NCBI GenBank assembly: GCA_040954595.2 | Contig: CM082590.2 | Coordinates: 1,178,001 to 1,242,000 of the forward strand | Direction of reading: 5' to 3' | Source of the DNA: Balanoglossus misakiensis | Taxonomy: Eukaryota; Animalia; Hemichordata | DNA length: 64,000 bases | Shown: positions 25,774 to 37,164 of the stretch, piece by piece | How the letters are laid out: each line of letters begins with the position of its first letter | How positions within the stretch are numbered: position 1 is the stretch's first letter | Notes under the pieces: model-generated | Told to the model about the DNA's origin: nothing | Seen by the model: the letters and a program-made list of their open reading frames with translations, nothing else | The model's database searches: none | Translations under genes and position numbers: made by a program

Positions 25774-26376
25774 AGCCACAGTATTTCTCGTAGGGGCAAA
25801 ATTTTGTTTGAAACGGCATCTATAATTTCTAAAAGTAGATGATAATTGATACTGAATCGAACAGTCATCATCCCCAGCTCTGCTGATAAACTCATACAAT
25901 TTACAATATAACGAGTGAAGAATGACTTTCTGTCCGGACAGAAAGTCACGTGAGTCAGGCTAATGTTGACACACGTGACTAGTGCGCATGCGCACTCAAA
26001 TGTGAATCTATGCGGAAGAGGTTTGGTCGCCCCAAATCAAGCGACTCAGCGAAGAAATGCGCACTAATTCGGCGAAATTTTGGGAAGATAACTTTATGGG
26101 AGAAATCAGTCGATGGAACCAGATCAAATCCGAAAATGGTCTGACCATCAAAATGTCAAAGTGGCACGTTTGCTGATCGACATGTACACCATTTCCGTTG
26201 TAAACAAACCCGCGCACCATTTCAAGTGTTACGGGCAATATTTTCGGCTTGCATGTAGCTACAATTGCCCAAACCTTTCTTACATCTTCATTATATAGTA
26301 TTCCATGATGGATGTACTGGAAAAATGGGCTTTTTTCGATGATGAAAAATGGATGCACACGAGAAATACTGGGGCT
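25774..26376. mobile_element. Kolobok-type non-autonomous element (603 bp)
   Basis: TTAA on both sides; TIR AGCC(A/C)CAGTATTTCTCGT. Confidence 0.8.
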
Positions 26377-26903
26377 TTAATCATGTCTAACCTGTTCTGA
26401 ATTCAATGCCTGTTCAGCACTACATTCTTTCATGGATTCCTCACATGAAGCTGCCACCTCCTCCACCACTGTTACGTCAACAGAATTTTCAACCGCAATC
26501 ACTTCTACATCTTCATTGACACCATCACAGGACACAGGATCACAGGACACAGGATCACAGGACACTAACTTTTCATTGTCAGTACCCTATAACAGAAAAT
26601 AAAAAAATGAAATATCTATCTGGCTGTAATTATGATTTTGTAAAATGTTGCTGTTTTGTGCTTAAACTATATTTTTTGTTCCCCATAAATTTTGTTGAAA
26701 TGTCAAGATTTCAATTCATCGCCAGTAGATACTGTATGCCACACTGTATTACAAACCATGACATCACTGGCAGACTAAATTTCACATGTTAAAATATTCA
26801 TGTCATTATACCTTGACCATTTCTTGTTCTTGTTCAGGTTCCTCTTGCTGCTCGAACTCTTTGTCTTGCAGTTGCAGCTTCTTTTGAACAAAGGATGCTT
26901 TCA

Positions 26904-28725
26904 CAGTCAGATCGCACGGCATTCATTAACATATGCAAATGAAGAAAGTACTTCAAACCATGTAGCCGTTAGAGTGGGCCCCGCTGAAGGGTCGCGAAAT
27001 AGGCCATTTTTTTACTCGATATTATAGAGCTGTTTTCAGGCGATGTGGATTATTTTAAGACAAAACCGTGGATTCACTTGAAGGTAGGTATACTGGATTG
27101 TTACTGAATGATTTTTTGGCAACTTCTGTCGAGTAGTTTCTTTGTAATCACGAAATTTCTGACGACTGTGAAAAAACACATAGCGTTGACATCCTCTCGA
27201 TTATTTTTAAGCTGACCGTTACACATGGATTTTACCACGAAATTTCAAACTTTTATCAAAATATAGACATCAAACTCCCTCTCTTTGAGTTTTCATTCAC
27301 TTCCAAGCTTTGATAGTGACGATATGACCAGTTCAATTTTGTTTACCTTTCAACCTGTGAGCGCCATTTTGTTTACTTTTCAACCCGTGAGCGCCACTTC
27401 TTCTGCAAAATGGCGGGAGAAGACAGCATGCATGTGTACGTATATACGCTGGCGCAGGCTTGATCCTGGGTTGTACCAGCTGCGTAGTTTTCCCTCCTCT
27501 CTCGTGCGAAGAAATTTTGATTGCTGATATGTAATCCCGAGTTTTACTAAACCCTAACAATTATTTTATGAAGGTTTGCCCGTCAAGGAAACTCACTTTT
27601 TTTAATTTTATTGTTCTTTCAGATTGATGAAGACTGATTTTTGTGGTGGTGGTGTTGCAGTTGACTGTTTTATTTTAGCTGTCTGAGTTGACAATTTATT
27701 CTGTATTTTGTTGTATTTTTAACTCTTTATCCTGTATTTTGTAGTAGTATTTTGAACACTGTTTAATAAATAAATTACTATTATTATTATTTATCGACCC
27801 AATGCAATGATGACAAATCGCTCGCCTTCAGACACAAATGTTGTATTTATTGCATATATCATCGGCGAATAAAGGGAAGTGGTTTCGAAGTTACACTTGG
27901 CATTTTCGAAAAGTCTACTTATATCCCACGATGCGGAGAAAAAAATATATACAAAATACGTCAGCTGAGCTCCTCACGAACGGTAAACCTGGCATTCTGT
28001 GCATGGGTAATCAAATATTTGTTTGTAGCCCAATGTAGGCGAACGGTGTGGAGCACCCGGGCGCGGCACTCGTGCGATTGATCGATGTTGTGTCGAAATC
28101 AGGCCAGTAATTAAGTTAAAACTTGGCTGATATGTTACCTTAGAGTGTTATACACTATCCAGTAACTTTTACTTGACAAGTGTCTTTTAGAAACTTTTCC
28201 CCACGATAAACGTGTCGTTTCACGAGCAACGCAACACTTCCGTATTTACAAGCCTAACATGGAGAGGTCAACGTAGGGCCTATACTTCCGGGTCATATCA
28301 TCGAACTACATCGATTATTTTTAAGCTGACCGTTACACAAGCATTTCGAGTTAATTTCTTTTCACGGATGTTGGGACCGATATTAGACCTATCTGTCACG
28401 AAAACTTGGTTAACTTCCGAGGTCGTCTTCAAATGATTTTTGGCACGTTTGTGGACGTCTCTTCCGAGGTCACCAACATACCACCGAAAACACGCTAAAA
28501 ACTACTACTATTACCGACAGATTCTCATAAAATTTACGTCTGCAGTGCAAAATAGGAATCACTTTCGAAATTTATCGAGCTAGCATGGTATTTTATTGTA
28601 CCACGGAGTGTAAAAATCAAGTTGAAAATCACCTTGAAAACTGGCCTATTGCCGTCTGTTTGAAAATTAACGGTCGCTGGCTTGACGAACTTTCATATGC
28701 AAATGAGCACCGTGCGATCTGACTG
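26904..28725. mobile_element. 1.8-kb non-autonomous TIR element with 4-bp TSD, superfamily uncertain
   Basis: Perfect 16-bp TIR CAGTCAGATCGCACGG; TTCA duplicated at 26900-26903 and 28726-28729; internal direct repeat at ~27198 and ~28311. Confidence 0.85.
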
Positions 28726-29009
28726 TTCAAAGAATGTTTTGCTGTGGAATACAAAAAAAAATACAGAATACAGAAATGCCCTGAAAATTGATAAGCACAT
28801 CAGCATAGCTCACATATGCATAAAGACACTGTTAATTATTTACTACTGTGTTTTAGTCCATACTAAAATCATTTCTCAATGTTGACTATACAAAGACCAG
28901 ATGTTCTCGTAGGAGGATCCTTAAACCTTTGGCAATGAAACTACAAACCATAGTTCTAACCTGGGACTACACATAACAAAAGGACAGATTTACTCTGGAA
29001 AATAGGTCA

Positions 29010-29369
29010 TTAAAGGGACAATGTCTCTCTCTTGCTGCCCCTTTTCCATTAATTATGTTTGATACAAGACACCGTTTATGTTATTATATGTGTGGATATA
29101 TAGTGAATCAACGTTCAACCACACACACCTTCCATTCGGCTTGAAGACATGAGTGAAAAAAAATCACCAAAATGAATAATATTCCTCTACCATTTTTTCA
29201 TTTGGGGCGAGTTTTTATTCTCATATCATCATACAAGTGAAATGGAAGTTGTGTGTGGTCGAATGTTGATTCGCTGTATGTCTACATGTAAAATAACACA
29301 AACAATATCTTGTATCAAACATAATTAATGTAAAAAAGCAGCAAGAAGCAGAGAGAGACTTTGCCTTAA
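29010..29369. mobile_element. Degenerate palindromic MITE
   Basis: Inverted arms, e.g. CATTAATTATGTTTGATACAAGA / TCTTGTATCAAACATAATTAATG; TTAA at both ends. Confidence 0.6.
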
Positions 29370-32300
29370 GGGGTCACTGATAGACAAGGCTGAAACTTTT
29401 TTAGTGCAACCTTTGAGTCAGATAATCAAGTTAATCAAGTATAATGCACCTGTGCACTTACACAATCAAAGTGGTGGAACTTGGAGGTAGCATTGTTGGA
29501 ATAAAAGTGCCCATACTTGGGCCATTGTCACATGACCAGACAGGTACCACTATCCTGCAATTTTGCAAATACATGTCTAAAATGGCATTTGTTGAATTTG
29601 TTATGTTCATGCCAGGCTTTGCATAATTGCATGATAGCATGAATATACCAACCATAAAGTCCACCATGCCAATGATACCCACTGGATAATGGGGTCTGCC
29701 CAGTCATGTGACAATGACAGAAATGGCGCTTTTCTTCCAACAAAACAAGTTCTGCCACTTCTATTTTTGTCTGTGTTTGTTTAAAAAGAAGCAAGTGAAT
29801 AATAAAAAACTACCATGACTTTTTAACCTGGATAATCCAACACAAAACGGGCACAAAGAAAAAAAACAACCTTTCAATTTATCCAGTTAAATACTTGACA
29901 CAACTTGTGACAATGTAAATAGACATATTTACTCACTCTGCCGAACTGCAAACATGAAGACTGGCAACTTGTCTGTCTTCGCCTTCATACTTTTGTATTT
30001 TGCCTTCAGGTCTTTTAATTGGAAATTCATTGGGTCCTTCATCCTTATGAACACTCCTATGTCATTCATCTCATAAGGTACAAAATCCACGTCGATGAAG
30101 TGTGCCGATACACTCTGGGCCCAGTGCATGGCATTTGAGCCACTGTCCACGGTAATGGCCACCTGACTTTTTCTGCCGACAGCTGATGGTAGTACTGCCC
30201 CCATTTTCTTTAGAACTCCTTTACTGTCTTTTATCAGTGGTGTAACATTTAACACCTGAATGAAAATGTTACAAAATAGGGTAAACATCAAAATTTTAAT
30301 AAATGTATGTAAAATGGCATGAATATAAACTTAAATTTTCATAAAATCAGGAAATAACTAACAAGGAAAAGACTTGTACATTGCATGGATATGAAGAAAA
30401 CATGTGTTATAACTCCTAGCAATTACGTATAATGCTTAAAGGCTGAACTGTACATAACCTTGGTCTATACTTTCCTGTGTATGTATACTCTACACTTCTA
30501 TTCTATTCCCTAAAGCATGATGAAATTACCAGTGTCTAGAATGTTTACCTTGTCTGTAAATTAGATGATGAGAAATTAAATACATGTACTGGGCAATTCA
30601 TCATGCTATTGGGTGTAGAATGGAAAGAAAACAAAAGTGTAGACAAAATACAAAAAGGTTAGTGGTGGGGGGGGGGGGGGGCTAAAAACTTCCCAAAATA
30701 CTTCAAGAAAGGCAGTTCTTATCTTTCTTCATGTATGTATCATTTGGATTGCAATTCCTACCTGTTGTTCTGGTGGCTTTGGAGCAGATCGCTTCAGTCT
30801 TTTTGATTTTACTTCAGCCTCTTTCATCTGAAACTGTTCGGCTAGTCGCCCAATGCTTCTTGACTCTCTTTCAAGGGATAAAAAAAACATTAAGTGTTAC
30901 TTAAATTGTTTGAACAGTTGCACTTTTTTCAATGAGTTGGATATTCCATAGGCATCAAGTGAGAAAGCAACTGTGCTGAAAAATACGAATTCTAGAAAAC
31001 AATTTTTGTGAATTATCCAAATTGACGAGTGCAAAATTTCCAAGGGAAAAAGTATCTTCCTACATTTACAGTACATTTCACATTTACCTTTGGTCAGGTC
31101 TTCTTTTCTCTTATACATCTGAAATGATATTAAAAGCATAACATAAAATAACTATCTGTTGTACCTCATCTCCTACTGGCAACACTGAACATTTCTACAT
31201 GCTTCCGCCAATAGAACAAACTATTAGTTGATACACCCAGTAGAATATAAATGCCATACAAGTTGTCAAAAGTGCTTTTATACACCAAGTATTCTGCTAG
31301 AAGACACAGTATGCATATGTTTAAAGGCTGTTGTTGACTTGAACTCTATTTTCTATGATAACAGCAATCGCATCATGTATTGACAATGAAATCCATGACT
31401 AGACTCAAACCAGAAACTAGCTGACACAACAGAGCTTTACACAATACAAAGCATAAAGAAGCATTGAAATCATCCATATTGCTTACATGTGATATATGGC
31501 TTATGACAGTCCAAATTTCATTGCGACGCCGTTTCACTCAGATCAATTGGTCATAGTGGAGTGGAAATGTGGTGGTTTATGAGAGTTCATACTGGCAGTT
31601 CAATCACATATAATTGACGGAGTTGGTGCCCATGACAGTATAAAGCAGTAGTTAATCAAATTTTGTCAACAGTACTACATGTACTTGGAAAATATTTACA
31701 GAACTATAAAATAAGCCAAGATACATTTCTCTCAAATCAGTGTTGCAATTGAGCATTTATATAATAAAATGATGAAGCAGTATTTGTCACAGACATATGT
31801 TGTAAGTAGCAAAAGAAACAGTTTAGGTATTTTGATAGGGTTCGATAACTCAGCTGCTAACATTTGCAAAGTGCCTATAGTGTAAGGGCCTGGAATTATC
31901 ATGACAATTTCAGAATCAAAGAGAAAAATACCGTCAAGGACAGTGTGGTCCCGTTTAAGGATTACGGAAGGAAAGGTTTTCACCAGAATACACACACACA
32001 GATCAACAGGCAAACACTGACTGGCCATTGACTGACTCATGAGCTGCCAGTGGCATGTGTACTGTGCACACACCAAATAGAACTGTCTCTTGACAGATGG
32101 GCTAAGTTACATAAACATGTAGACATTTTCTGTGTAAAAAAACTCATTAGGGGATTTCATCTAACTTGCAAAGAACAATGTTCAGGATATTTTTCTGCTT
32201 GAGATAAAAAAAATTGTGGTAAATGTATAAGACAAAATGTCATAAAATACAACAATTCAAATTTTACTTTGATTTGATCCCATTATAATTATAAAGGAGC

Positions 32301-32923
32301 ACATCCCGTTGACTCACAACTCAAATTTTACAGAAATCAATTGAAAACTTTCTGATATCAACTAATACATGGAAACCTAGAAAACATAATACAAAAATAC
32401 AAGATTTTCATTTTCACTATAATTTTGATATATCATAATAACAATCCCCAAAGGAAACTACATTTAGTAAATTGCAAAGCAATTGGATGGACAACCCGTT
32501 TCAGAGAAATTGATTTTTGTACCAAAAATGGAAAAAACAGCCACAAGAATACAAAATCTACACTTTCATTAAAGGGTCTGCAAATTTCAAAGCAATCAGG
32601 GTAGAGGCTTTTGAGAAATATTTTTTGACCAAGAATGTCCTAAATCATCCCAAAAATATACAATTGATTTCTTCCCCTTGATTTGAAAAACAAAATCAAG
32701 GAAACTACATCTGATGCACACCCTCAAATGAAATTTCTGATAAATACTATTACAGACGCAACCAATCCCATAAGGTTCCAATGGTATATATGCATATACA
32801 AAATGGGACCTGGTAAAACACATATCATCCCTCAAGAATTACAAATTGATTTCATCAAAATTCTTTCAGTCAAGATGGGTGCCAGAAACCAATACACCAT
32901 GTCCTGCCAAACAACACCTTTAT

Positions 32924-34210
32924 TTATATATCAAAGAATATTAGTGATGAGATTTGCCCCTGACTGACATCTGTGCCATTGCTCAGACCTTGCATACTGA
33001 AATTTTTAAATGTCACCCAGAAATCAGTACTTTTTAATGCTGTGATTCTTCGGCGAGAGATCCCACGTGACCCGAATGATGTTTCTTTATTTCCTCTGAT
33101 TTGACAGACAACTGAATAATCTACATTGGGTGGGATTTTAATCAGCTTACTGAAGACAACAGGAAAGGTAATCTGGGGGGAAGTGTTTGAGGCTTCTGTA
33201 TTGTACACAACAGCTTGTTGATGATTTAATATTGTGACATGAGCATGGACACTTTCATCTGTATTTCCAAACACATAAACACCTAGCAGTGAGACAGGAA
33301 CATCCACTGAAAAGGAAATCCTGTCACCCTCAAATTGGTTTCCTTTCCATGTGTTTGGATTTTTTTCATTGATGAAACGCCGCGCCACAATGGCATTATT
33401 TGGAACCACATTTCTTGTGATTACATCCACATAACCAGGAACAGGAAAATTGCATCCAGGATGTCGAACTGCTTTTAATATCTGGAAGACATCTTCATAA
33501 CACAAAATTTGTTCAGAAATTAGTCGATGAATACTTTCTTCACTTAACGACAAGAAACGGATGTGGGGAAGAAATGGCTCAAAACAAAAGGGGGCATCCA
33601 TATCATTGCCATTGACACCCTGAAGTTTCCTTTCCACCCATAAAAACAATGCATTCAAAAGTGTGTCTTCCTTTACCGAAAGCGTCTGACGCTGAATTAT
33701 TTTTACAACTATGCTTTCAGGAAGTTGAAGAAAATCTTCCAAAACTTGCTCAGAATTAAACAGTTTAACACCATTCTGATCAATTATTGACAGACAGTGT
33801 TCAAAAGTACTATCTAACTGGTATTTCTGACAAAATACAAGGTCTCTAATACTGCGGGAAGTTACAATGTTGGAAATTAAAAATGATTCACATTTCTCTT
33901 TTAAAGAATTTATCATGTAAAAGTTACATATCTCCACATAATCTTCAACATTTTCACTTGTAATATTTAACTTTTCAAAATAAAAATCATCAATGACATT
34001 TTGCATGAGTAAGGGATCAAAGTCAGAACAATCAATGGTGTTGTCGTTGGCCCATTCCGAATGCAAACGGGCGGCAAACACATCCGAAAAAAGACACAAC
34101 ACCAATGAATGGGCCCTTCTCGTCTGACCATCTCTGAAGCGAAGGATGACATCATTTGCTACAGTGTCTTGGTTTCTATATGAAGTTTGCAATTTTTGGG
34201 CCAGTAACAT
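32924..34210 (-). CDS. BTB-BACK-PHR protein (BTBD1/2/3/6-like architecture), single coding exon, 428 aa
   Basis: BTB (DVILRF..AHSLVLCLFSDVFAARL), BACK (FLQLPESIVVKII..E..L.NALFLW..IRF), PHR (RRF..W..DRISFSVD..LLGVYVFG..GQISSLIF); acceptor TTGCAG ends 5 nt before the ATG at 34210; no stop or frameshift. Confidence 0.88.
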   Translation of the reverse strand: MLLAQKLQTSYRNQDTVANDVILRFRDGQTRRAHSLVLCLFSDVFAARLHSEWANDNTIDCSDFDPLLMQNVIDDFYFEKLNITSENVEDYVEICNFYMINSLKEKCESFLISNIVTSRSIRDLVFCQKYQLDSTFEHCLSIIDQNGVKLFNSEQVLEDFLQLPESIVVKIIQRQTLSVKEDTLLNALFLWVERKLQGVNGNDMDAPFCFEPFLPHIRFLSLSEESIHRLISEQILCYEDVFQILKAVRHPGCNFPVPGYVDVITRNVVPNNAIVARRFINEKNPNTWKGNQFEGDRISFSVDVPVSLLGVYVFGNTDESVHAHVTILNHQQAVVYNTEASNTSPQITFPVVFSKLIKIPPNVDYSVVCQIRGNKETSFGSRGISRRRITALKSTDFWVTFKNFSMQGLSNGTDVSQGQISSLIFFDI

Positions 34211-35582
34211 GATGTCTGCAAGTGTAACAAAGGTATAGCACCAGTATTGTATCAGTTTAGTTGTATATCGACACAAACTGAATAGCTCAGGGCCTAACTG
34301 TATCCTAATTATATTGGAAAATATCTGAATTGTTAGATTGTTCATTTTATCAGTTTATTACCATATTGGTAGGAAATTCTAATTGTTCTCAAAAATTTCA
34401 CAGACAAGTATTACATATACAACAGGCTTATTGCATCAAAACTAGAAAAACAAATAAACATGGAAACAAATTGGGTTATATTTGTCCCAGACAGAAATCT
34501 ATGAACGGTTATGAAATCTGGCGACTTCTTGATGAAGTTTCTTTTAATTTAATTTCTGTAGTAAACTTAACTGTCAAAAGTTGTTTATTTTATCATACCT
34601 TATTCAAATGTGAAATATCATAGTCGAAATTGGGGCATTATAGTGAAAAAATGTAAAATTACAGTTTATAAATTGGTTGGTAAATCGGAATAAATCATGT
34701 AAATTTACATGAATGTCATTAGAAAGAAAAGTCAAAGTTCAAATAAAGAGTTCAATCAAATTCATGGAGATTCCATGACAGTGTATATCATCTGTTACAT
34801 TTCTTTTTGTTTTTTTCTAAATTATGTTGAACTCGCTTTTTTTTCAGCTTTTCAACATATTCCAGTGCATTATTATGACACAGTTGCGTTTTGACTGTTG
34901 CTGAAAAAGGTCTGCAGACTTGTTCCTAAATTTACCACTTTAGGTGCAAACATTATACATGAAAATCACATCTAATTGAAATGCAGGTGTCCATAGAAAC
35001 CAACCAATAATGTAATCAACCCATGTTTTTTCAGCTGTGTCACTATCAGTTTCACTATCTGTAGGCTCATAAAAAAAACAGCTATGGACTCCCAACAGGA
35101 ACCCAACTTGGGTTAACATTTGAACAGTAAAAAATGACATATGCCTCCCTGAACTGACTATTTTCTGTTCCCAAACTAAATTCCTGAACAAAATTTCTTG
35201 TCCGTTTACAAATTGCAGCCACTTTTCCAAGGAGTACCAGTAAGATTTCCACACAGCCAGCCAGCGAACTCTGACCCTCACCCACAATGGACATTCAGTT
35301 AACTTCGTGCGAGCGCCATATTAGCATATCAATAGCAATCATTTCAAGTTGAGAACTTTCTCCGTGGATGATCGGCTGAAATACGTAAACTAACCAGAGA
35401 ATTTTTCACGAAAAGAGTTTAGGAAACAGTAATTTAAAAAAGATAACACAGACGAGACAGTGGATTCGCAGGAAACTAGCGGAAAAGACTTGACAAACGA
35501 ACATAACTTTTCTTACCTTCACTACAACTTCGCTCCACAAGTTCTGTTTGCAGTGGTGACTGCGCATGCTCAGAAAATCAGA

Positions 35583-36245
35583 GAAAACGCCGATGCGAGA
35601 AAACTCTTTAGCTGAAACGCCAATGCGCATGTGTAGAATGCCGGCGCGACAAAACTCTCCAGAAACGCCGATGCGAGAAAACTCTAGCTGAAACGCCGAT
35701 GCGCATGTGTAGAAATGCCGGTGCGACAAAACTCTCCAGAAACGCAGATGCGAGAAAACTCTAGCTGAAACGCCAATGCGCATGTGTAGAATGCCGGTGC
35801 GACAAAACTCTCCAGAAACGCGGATGCGAGAAAACTCTAGCTGAAACGCCGATGCGCATGTGCAGAAATGCCGGTGCGACAAAACTCTCCAGAAACGCGG
35901 ATGCGACAAAACTCTCCAGAAACGCCGATGCGACAACTCTCTAGCTGAAACGCCGATGCGACAACTCTCCAGAAACGCCGATGCGACAACTCTCCAGAAA
36001 CGCCGATGCGACAACTCTGTAGAAACGCCGATGCGAGAACTCATCAAATCACCGGTTGTGATTTTGTCGGCGCCGGTAGATTGAGTAAAGGTGTCGGCAA
36101 AAATTTGGTTGTTACCGGCATTTTAGATTATGGCGTCGGCACCCAATGTGCGTCATATTTTCAGCATATGCGTTCCTATCACTTGTCTATGGACTTTACC
36201 CATGTATTGAGAGAAGTTGTCGGGGGTCCCCAACGGCTTTCCATA
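35583..36245 (-). repeat. Right TIR with subterminal tandem array
   Basis: Inverted copy of 16032-16655. Confidence 0.92.
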
Positions 36246-37164
36246 GAAACCACACCCGAAACGAAGAAAGCGGACTGCTATGGTGTGACCTGCCCGCGAG
36301 GAAAGTCTATTTCGTCGATGATCGTTCTAGTGTGGATTTCTGGATACGAAGAACCGAACAGAGAGATTCTAGTGTACGCGCTGTTGGACACACAGTCAGA
36401 CACTACTTTCGTGCTGGATCATGTCGCTGAACAGCTACATACAGCATCTGAGCCAGCAAACCTTCGTATGACAACCATGACCACGAGCAACAAGGTTGTT
36501 GCCTGTCACAAATATCGCAAACTCAGAGTTCGCGGATTTGACTGTGACAAAATAGTTCCGTTGCCCACTACGTATTCGCTTGATTACATACCAGTGGAAA
36601 AATCGCACATACCGACTCGTGATATGGCCAATGGGTGGCCTCATCTTAGAGAAATCGCTACTCGTATTCATCCTCAACAGAAATGTGAAGTTGGTCTGTT
36701 GATAGGTTATGATTGTCCCCAAGCCCTAGCACCTCGTAGCTGTGTCACAGGCAGTGGAAATCAGCCATTCGCAGTAGAGACAGACTTAGGATGGAGCATC
36801 GTCGGACATCTTACACATCGAGATGAAAGGGAAGACGTCTTCAGTTTTACCCATAGAGTACTTACAAAGGTGATACCAGACGGTCTACAACCAGGTGTAG
36901 ACAGTCAGCAGAGACTTCGTATGAAAGAGTCTCATTCGTCGGCAGTTCGTTATGCCTTTAAGACTTCAGCCAACGAGCAAGTTCTCAGCCCTTTGGACGT
37001 GGTGAGAATTCTCGAATCGGACTTCAACGAACAAAAGGTTGAAGAAACCGCCATGTCTCAGGACGACATTCGATTTTTGAAGATCATGGAAAATGGTATT
37101 TCGAAAGAACCAGATGGATTCTATACAATGCCACTTCCATTCAGAGAAGATAGACCAGCACTCC

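Larger units (their letters stand above)
24054..31118 (-). pseudogene. Second transposon gene, multi-exon; acidic/coiled-coil linker and C-terminal UBX-like domain; probably disrupted
   Basis: Well-supported phase-0 3' exons 26392-26586, 25269-25310, 24784-24906, 24405-24584, 24054-24119 giving ..LERPFRNLDTLKDVFDWIC..FFLQCFDPP..; upstream exons ~26812-26897, 29937-30255, ~30762-30867, 31088-31118 less securely joined. Confidence 0.6.
16032..36245 (+). mobile_element. 20,214-bp IS3EU-like DNA transposon with cargo genes
   Basis: Termini TATGG..CCATA; 6-bp TSD GAAACC (16026-16031, 36246-36251); empty site present in BEL copy B (~44122-44127); long TIRs; spliced IS3/integrase-type DDE transposase. 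Confidence 0.9.
12658..37164 (+). mobile_element. BEL/Pao LTR retrotransposon, copy A, 3'-truncated before RT, interrupted by the 20.2-kb DNA transposon
   Basis: Gag ATG 13959; capsid-like region (F.GDPLSY..W...F); three zinc knuckles CVFCKKTGHAIQEC, CFGCLNTGHISKNC, CRKCSRKHPTSLH; protease YALLDTQSDTTF in 36246-37164; ends abruptly at ..REDRPAL. Confidence 0.9.

Noticed and set aside
27615-27680. Possible hammerhead ribozyme / Penelope remnant (TTGATGAAGACTG..CAGTTGAC)
   Set aside because: The CTGATGA and GAAA core boxes are both imperfect
34940-35294. 115-aa and 70-aa ORFs as a fourth cargo gene
   Set aside because: No recognisable domain, the longer one has no ATG start, and both lie in the presumed first intron
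16031-36246. Alternative boundaries CTATGG..CCATAG with 4-bp TSD AAAC, or a Polinton call based on size and 6-bp TSD
   Set aside because: The 4-bp reading is formally possible, but TAY..RTA plus 6 bp fits the IS3EU-type transposase; no DNA polymerase B, ATPase or capsid ORFs for a Polinton
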